From: Octopus vulgaris
Taxonomy: Eukaryota
Assembly: GCA_951406725.2 (NCBI GenBank)
Contig: OX597816.1
Coordinates: forward strand, 72,168,001-72,232,000
Length of the DNA: 64,000 nucleotides
Direction: 5' to 3'
The notes under the pieces are model-generated. The model worked only from the letters and a program-made list of their open reading frames with translations, was not told the DNA's origin and did not search any database. Positions 56,256 to 64,000 of this stretch are shown here, piece by piece (position 1 is the stretch's first letter; each line of letters starts with the position of its first letter). The position numbers and the translations under genes were made by a program.

Positions 56256-56730
56256 ATCCATTTCTTGATTTAAATTCTTCGATTCTTTTTGATCATGTAA
56301 GTTCTTTGATCTTCAAAAATTCTATGACTGGCTGACAAACCCGAAACCGAATGAACTAACTGCCCATGAATGTTTTCGTCACGACAGAAATGTAATTTTA
56401 TTTCAAAGTAGATAATGCAATCATCGTTCTTATTTTTGGGGCTGTGAATTTTGAAAATTACAATTATCTGTCTTTCTTTTTCTTTTTTTATTATTTTACC
56501 TAATATTTTTTTAATACATTTTCTTTTAATCTTTCAAACATCTAAAGAATGTAAGACTAGAATTTAACTGATATTGAGCATATGTATGTATATATGTATA
56601 CATGCGCACATACTTACATAATGTATGCATGATTATACGTGTATGTATATATATATATATATATACACACGTAATGTCAATACATACATATATATACCCT
56701 TATACACATAAATAATGCATGTATGTGTAA

Positions 56731-56761
<31 letters not shown>

Positions 56762-56927
56762 CACCCACACATTATTTCTCTATATATATACGTAGATATA
56801 CCCACCCTCATATACATATATATATCTGCATATATACATGTGTGTGTATACATACACACGCACATTATATTTATACGTCTGTATATTTACATGTGCCTAT
56901 ATACACGCATATTTGTATGTATATATC

Positions 56928-56966
<39 letters not shown>

Positions 56967-57055
56967 ACACAGTCTACATATATGTATAAATGCACATGTA
57001 TGTATGCATGTGTGTGTGCGTGTGTGTGTACACAGTCTACATATATGTATAAATA

Positions 57056-57161
<106 letters not shown>

Positions 57162-57504
57162 TACAAACGTGTTTATCAAATTTCAAAGCCAGTTCCTGCG
57201 GATTTTATTAGTCATGTGCCTGAAGGTTGGAGAACTGCAGAATCTTGAGTCAATAACATATTGGAATACTAGCAGAAAGTTTGGGTGACCATTCAAATTC
57301 GATATGCAGCTTTGTGCAGCAGTGTCTGTAGACAAGGCACATAACTCTCACTGCTCTGCTGCCTCTAGCTGTAAATAAGAGCTATTAGGTGGTATACAGC
57401 TTATTACTATTAACAGCTACCGTACTTATTCTACGTTCAATTACTGTTTCCTCAATAATTGATCGTGGTATACCTGTTTCAGCTTATGAATCTGTTGCTG
57501 TTGC

Positions 57505-57840
57505 TGTTGAGCGAACGGTCTTCGACCCAGAGCTCGCAAGATGAGAGGAGTCCGAAACGTGGTCCTTTGCTATTCGTAAGACCCGCAGAAGAGAAAGCAG
57601 GTCAACCCCCGACACCGAGAGCATCGACGGGTGGATGAATGCGCATCCAGGCTCAGCGGTTGCGTAGGAACAGGAAGAAAGAGTGAGAGAAGGTTGGAGA
57701 GTAAGAGTACAACAGCCCCACCCCCACTGCGTGAGCTCGTAGAGCTTTAGGTGTTTTCGTTCAAAAAGCACACACCACGCCCGGTCTGGGAATCGAAACC
57801 GCGAGTCCGCTGCCCTAACCATTGGGCCATTGCGCCTCCA
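57505..57840 (-). mobile_element. SINE family D
   Basis: Colinear with 49420-49813. Confidence 0.88.
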
Positions 57841-58740
57841 CTTTATGAGTTTGTTGAAAGTAGGATGAACTCACTTCGGTGTATTCAATCGTGTAAAATC
57901 TTGTTCAGGTTCATTTTGACATTTTTGTGCCTCGGACAATCTTTTATTCGTTTTTATTCGTTTCAGTCACTCTACAGTAGCCAGGCTGGAGCACCGCCTT
58001 GAATGGTTCTAACCAGTGGCTCTCAACCATCTTGTAGGCGACCCTGCTGGAGCACAGCCTTGAAAGGTTTTAGCCGAAAAAAACCGATCCCAAAACTTTT
58101 TTATTGGAAGTCTAGTACTTATCCTATTGTCTCTGTTGTTCAACTGCTAAGTTACGGAGACGTAAACACACCAGCATCGGTTGTCAAGCAATGGTGGGGA
58201 ACAAACACAGACACAAAGGCATACACACATAGATACACACGCACACACACACACGATGGGTTTTTAAAAAAATTTCCGCCTACCAAATCTACTCACAAGG
58301 CTTTGGTCGGCCCCGCGTATTGTCGCAGTTTAACCACTTTATTTCGCATAAATTGTAAAAACAAAACCTTATATGGATCCTCAAAGGCCATATGAACCCC
58401 AGTGAAGAACCAATGGGTTAAACGAAGAAATCGTCCCCACTACTTGTTTTGTAAACCTGATTCTTATTCTGCTGGTGTCTTTCACCGAAACGTATACAAA
58501 CCAACACCGGTGCCTAAGTGGTGCTTGGGAATAAACATAACACTCAAAGATGCACAATCACACACACACACATATATATATATATACATATATGTACGAC
58601 AAGCTTCTTTCAGTTACCGTCTATCAAATCAACACAGAAGATGCCACGCAGTGGTACTGAATTTTAGACCACATATTTGGGAAGTAAGCTTCCACGTCCG
58701 CGCCTGGATTTTTTTCTCAGAACAAAATATATTAGAGTGA

Positions 58741-58985
58741 TTGGTTTATTGCCAACTTAATGTGGCAGTCTCAGAAAACGAAAGAATGCTACTGTTATTT
58801 AGTCCCAGGAAACATCGTTTCCAGTTAGCTATGTGACACAAGCGTTCTGTGTCCTTACGTTTTCAAACAGGGGAGATAAGTACCTACACCTAGCAAAGCC
58901 AGCACCCAGAGACTAGTTTCAGAGTCATTGCTCTTCATCAGTCTGGAGTAGCCTGGCTTGCTAGCTGTCGACGCTTATTCACCTG
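58741..58985 (-). mobile_element. ~245-bp non-coding hammerhead element (family e)
   Basis: Appears to interrupt the left TIR of the adjacent mariner. 58745-58830 resembles 18105-18185. Confidence 0.62.
58906..58946 (-). ncRNA. Canonical-core minimal type-I hammerhead ribozyme motif
   Basis: CCAGA-CUGAUGA-AGAG-CAAUGA-CUCU-GAAAC-UA-GUC^UCUGG. All core nucleotides present, palindromic ACUAGU, GUC triplet. Confidence 0.85.
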
Positions 58986-59873
58986 AATAATTCATGAGCG
59001 TTATCTTCAAGTTTATTTTAAACAAAAAAAGACTACAATAAACTAATCAATAATATACTCTCCGTTTTTGTTCACCACTTCCTCCCCTCATTCAATAAGT
59101 TTTTCGTTGGTTTGGCAATAGAAATGTCCAGTTCTTGACTCAAAAACTTCGTCCAACCAAGCCGTCAATTCTACATCATTATTGAACGATACGCTACGCA
59201 AAGCGTTCGAAAGAGATGAAAATTTGATGGCGCCTAGTCTGGGGAATATGGAGGATGAGGCAACTCTTTCCTTTTGAGTTCTTGAATCGCGGCTTTGGTC
59301 ATATTGACGATGTGATTACGGGTGTTGTCGTGTTGCAGAAGAATGCTATTTCGCCTATTCGGTCTTTTTTGCTAAATTGTTTCGTTGAGTCGGTGCGGTT
59401 GTTGAACGTAGTGCTCCACATTGAGTGTTTGGTTGCACTCAAGCAGTTCGTAATGAATTATGCCTTCCCAGTCCCACTATACACATAACATGGTCAGCCG
59501 ATGTGTGACTGGTCCTTGAGGTCAAAATTCCCATTTTTGAAGCGCAAAAATTAACGGCGGGTGGTACTTTGATGCATTGTTCCTTCTCCATTTATGGCAC
59601 AAATTTCACGAGCAGCCTCGGTGCCCTTAACACCTCAATGAAATGCAAAAATCAAATGGTATTGAAAATACTCAGTTTTGTCCACCTGACATCTATTTTA
59701 ATGATCTGAAAACACACTTAAATCAATAAAATTTAGAAATCAAAACACTATCTTGTAGAGCCAAAAATGCTCTTTTAAATATCATAAAACATTATACCAA
59801 TGCGTTTTATTTCTGCGTGCATTTTTAAATTTGAGAAAAAAAGAAAACGCTAATGAATTATTCCTCAACCCAA
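58985..59873 (-). mobile_element. Internally deleted, degenerate mariner
   Basis: TIR GAATAATTCATGAGCGTT / AACGCTAATGAATTATTCCTCAACCCAA|TA. QVDKTEYFQYHLIFAF..AAREICAI, LLQHDNTRNH, PHPPYSPDLGA. Confidence 0.85.
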
Positions 59874-60011
59874 TATTTTATAAACTTAAAACAGCACAAA
59901 TGCAAGAGTACAGAGCTTCACATTACATTTTATAACATGTTAGTGTCAGTTGTAATACAATCTTTAAAAATCAAGAAAGGAAAATTAACTAAAAGCTAAA
60001 TATATCTATAA

Positions 60012-60350
60012 TCTCTCTATATATAAACGGCAAAATGTTTGTGTGTGTATGTGTGTTACCTTTATACAAATCCACAATTTTTCAGTTAGAGGGCTCGCAC
60101 TTTCTATGGTCATTCAAAACCGTCCAAGGGTGATCGTGCACATCTTTACATTTCCCCAATCACTCCACAAAGCCATTAAAAAATCAATAGAAGTGACTTT
60201 TTTGTGAATTTTCTATCCAAAACCTAATCAAAATGCCCGAAACTTGATACGCCAATTGAATGCCAGCTAGCTATATGTGATTGGTCGGAGATTTGGACAA
60301 TACTCGCGTGTATGTGCGCAAGCACGCAGCTGTATATGCATGCTCTAGCA
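60012..60350 (+). mobile_element. Helitron-like 5' fragment
   Basis: A|TCTCTCTATATATAAACGGCA start shared with the 39457 end. 3' limit approximate. Confidence 0.5.
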
Positions 60351-60585
60351 CTATGATATATGTGTATTTATTTGTTAATCCGCTGAATGAATAAGACAAT
60401 GTTAAAGATTTGTATAAGTTAAAATGTAGTCTATTTAAAACTCAGTATAAAAGATATAATTCACAGCTTGCAAACATAATAGAGTCTGTTTCATGGACTC
60501 CTCTGAGAATTTAGGATCAACAGTTTCTATGAATATTTAGGTTCAATAAAGAACTTATACAACTAAAAACATATGCAACTTCAGT

Positions 60586-60960
60586 TACTCTTTTATTCTT
60601 TTACTTGTTTCAGTCATTTGATCGACCCAGGACTTATTCTTTATAAGTCTAGTACTTATTTTATCGGTCGCTTTCGCCGAACCGCTAAGTTACGGGAGCG
60701 TAAACGCACCATCATCGGTTGTCAAGCGATGTTGGGAGGACAAACACAGACACACAAACATACACACACACACATACATACATACATACATACATACATA
60801 TCCACGACGGGCTTCTTTCAGTTTCCGTCTACCAAATCCACTCACAAGGCTTTGGTCTGCCCGAAGCTATAGTAGAAGACACTTGCACAAGGTGTCACGC
60901 AGTGGGACTGAACACGGAACCATGTGGTTGGTAAGCAAGCTACTTACCACTCAGCCATTC
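60586..60960 (-). mobile_element. SINE family B
   Basis: Matches the family B reference copy. Confidence 0.88.
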
Positions 60961-62062
60961 CTACGCCACTCCTGTTGCTCATTATCGGACAAAAAATATT
61001 TTACATAATCAAATAGACTTTAGCACATGAAGTAGAAATTTTTAGAATTTCGCAATAAATAAATAAAAAAAGATTAATATGTGAATTCTATGCATATATT
61101 TCGTTTTAATTCCTGAATTTCAAATTCGAATTTCTAATCCCACAAAATATTACGAAGAAATGATTATCTCCCTTGTAATAGCTGCGACCATTAGGGGAGT
61201 CACACGTGTTTGAATTATGTACTGAATTTTATTGCAATTTGCCTCCGAATTCTAGGAATGTACCAGAAATTCCTTTATTTCGAACCTTTATAAAAAGCTT
61301 GGTAAGAGAGAGAAAAAAAAAACTAAAACAATACCTACCAAGCAATTTCTCCAAAACTAGCTTAACACAAAACCGTAAATTACAATTTTCAGAAAATTTC
61401 TATCTCTTTCAAAATTGTTCTTTTTGTCCGAACCAAAATGGCCATATCAAATTATATCTCATCAATCGTTAATAATTATAAAGTGAACTGCTCTGCTGTG
61501 AGGAGTTGTTGATTTAATTAGTCATATTTTCTGGTTGGTAACTTAATTTTAGTTACCCTGAAAGGTTAAAAGGCAAAGTTGACTATGGTGATATTTGAAC
61601 CCAAAATATAAAGAAACGGTAAACAATCCGGATGGCACTAATAGATTTTCTAGTCCATCGCCCTAAATAATATTTGATTTAGGGTCATGATCAGCAATTT
61701 TGGGAGGAGAAGCTTATTCGATGCTATTGATCCAGTACTGAGTGGTACTTTAATTTATCGACCTCGGAGAGATAAAGGCCAAGTAGGCCACAGTGGGATT
61801 TGAACACAGAACATAAAGTGCCAGAAACATTACTGCTGCAAGACATTTTTCTGCCGATAACAGCAACAACAACAAACAATGACAACAATTTTAAGAATAT
61901 TCTTTTCTACAACTGGCATAGAGAAACAAGGAATGATGTAACATTAAAATCCAAATTATTTTGTTATATTTTAAATCTACGAAAGGTAAAGTTGCTCTCA
62001 GGGTTGCCTGAAGTCAGAACGTAAAGTGACAATGATACAAGCTTTGGTGGTGACAAGTGTCG

Positions 62063-62104
<42 letters not shown>

Positions 62105-62106
<2 letters not shown>

Positions 62107-62386
62107 ACGTGATCACCAGACCATCAGATGTTGCTACACATCGCTGGTCACAATGAGCTTAGCATTGTTTTAGCCTTCAAATGACTCCCCCCCCGCTTCC
62201 TAAGCAAGCAGGCCAACAGAAGAAAGAGTGAGAGAAAGGTGTGGTGAAAGAGTACAGCAGGAATCACCTCCAACCCCTCCTGGAGCCTCGTGGAGCTTTA
62301 GGTGTTTTTTTCTCAATAAACACTCAATAAACGCCCGGTCTGGGACTCGAAACCACTGCCTTAACCACTGGCCCATTGCGCCTCCA
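62105..62386 (-). mobile_element. SINE family D variant with a different 3' end
   Basis: Head and body as at 49620-49813, but 62105-62215 differs. Confidence 0.78.
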
Positions 62387-62589
62387 TATATATATATATA
62401 TATGCTAAATTCTTGACTGGCAATTTTATCGACCTCCGACTGGTAGAATGAAAAGTTCAAAGGCTAAGTCATTCAGCTGGATTTAAGCTCAGAACACATA
62501 AACGGACATAACTAAATACCACATTGCATTTAGTTCGAATTCTTGATAATTTACAAATCTATTGCGTTTTTAAAATACTACTATTATAA

Positions 62590-62960
62590 TCCTTTCTACT
62601 ATAGGCACAAGGCCTGGACTTTGTGGGGAGGGGGACAGTCGATCACATCGACCACAGTGTTTCACTGGTACTTTAATTTATCGACCTCGACGGAATTTGA
62701 ACTGATAACGTAACGGTAGATGAAATACCTATTTCTTTACTACCCACAAGGGGCTAAACACAGAGAGGACAAACAAGGACAGACAAATGGATTAAGTCAA
62801 TTATATCGAACCTAGTGCGTGACTGGTACTTATTTAATCGACTACGAAAGGATGAAAGGCAAAGTCGACCTCGACGGAATTTGAACTCAGAACGTAGCGG
62901 CAGACGAAATACGGCTACGCATTTCGCTCGGCGTGCTAAAGATTCTGCCAGCTCGCTGCC

Positions 62961-62962
<2 letters not shown>
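62590..62962 (-). mobile_element. Dimeric SINE family A
   Basis: Same head + long unit + short unit layout as 45045-45620. Confidence 0.85.
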
Positions 62963-63008
<46 letters not shown>

Positions 63009-64000
63009 CATGTGCCTGATGTACCCTTATCAGACGGGTAGTCATGATGGGTATATTGGGATTCGTATATATTACCCCAGTGTCACTTTGATGGTATGCA
63101 CTGCTCTCTCACTCAATAATAATAATAATAATTATTATTATTTCTAATATAGGCATAATGCCTATAGGATGGATTAGTCGTTTACATCGACTCCAGTGCT
63201 AAAATGGTAATTATTTAATCGACCCCGAAAAAATAAAAACCAAAGTCGATCAGGGCGGAATCTAAACTCAGAACATAAAGCCGAAAGAAATACTGCCAAA
63301 CATCGTGACCGCTTTGATAAAAATGAATACATTTTTCTTACATATGCACAAGATCAGGAATCTTGGAGAAGGTGTTGACGACTGTATGGATCTTAGTACC
63401 TGTCTAGTACTTTGTTTTATTGACAAGCAGAAAGCTGAAAGACGCAGCTGATCGTGGCGGGAACTAAATACCTCTAAGATATTTTGATCTGTCGCTGAAA
63501 CAGTTCCTCCGTTCCATGAACCTTAATTGTTTCTAACATAAGCACAATGTCTGAAATTTGATGGGAAGATGTTAGTCGATAAACAAAATCAAGCCCAGTG
63601 CGTAATTGGCATTCTATTTTATCGACTCTGGAGAGATGAAACCGAGTTCAAATCCCAGAGGGATTTAAATTTAGGCTGAGAAAAGGCAAGCTCTAACGAT
63701 TCTGCCACTCCACTGCCTGACAATATATTTAATCTTTTATCTTTTACTTGTTTCAGTCATTAGATTGCGGCCATACTGGGGTACTAAATCTGAAGAATTT
63801 TACCAGGTTTTAAAAAAGAAGTGCTTTTTAAAAACCTGGTACTTATTCTATAGAACTCACCAGCAACGGTTGTCAAGCGGTGGTGAGGTACAAACATACA
63901 CGAGCTGCGTGTTGTGTTCTTGAGCAAGACACCTTATTTCATGTTGCTCCAGTTCACTCAGCTGTAGAAATGAGTTGCGACGTCACTGGTGCCAAACTGT

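Overview
AT-rich, repeat-saturated animal DNA, most likely intergenic or intronic sequence from an octopus (inferred from the SINE families and the very high microsatellite load). I found no host protein-coding exon; nearly all ORFs in the track are microsatellite or SINE artefacts. The window holds four tRNA-derived SINE families, four mariner remnants, hAT and Tigger-like MITEs, non-autonomous Helitrons, RTE and CR1-like LINE fragments, a decayed Penelope-like (PLE) RT-thumb/GIY-YIG ORF and a degenerate tRNA-Asn(GTT). The main signal the ORF track misses is a set of at least five unrelated short element families, each carrying a minimal type-I hammerhead ribozyme fold with a palindromic stem III (the PLE/retrozyme architecture). 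One family has a compensatory G3:C8 core swap, one has U at A6 in all three copies, and one canonical hammerhead sits on a roughly 40-bp stem. All folds were read by eye and no cleavage activity is shown.
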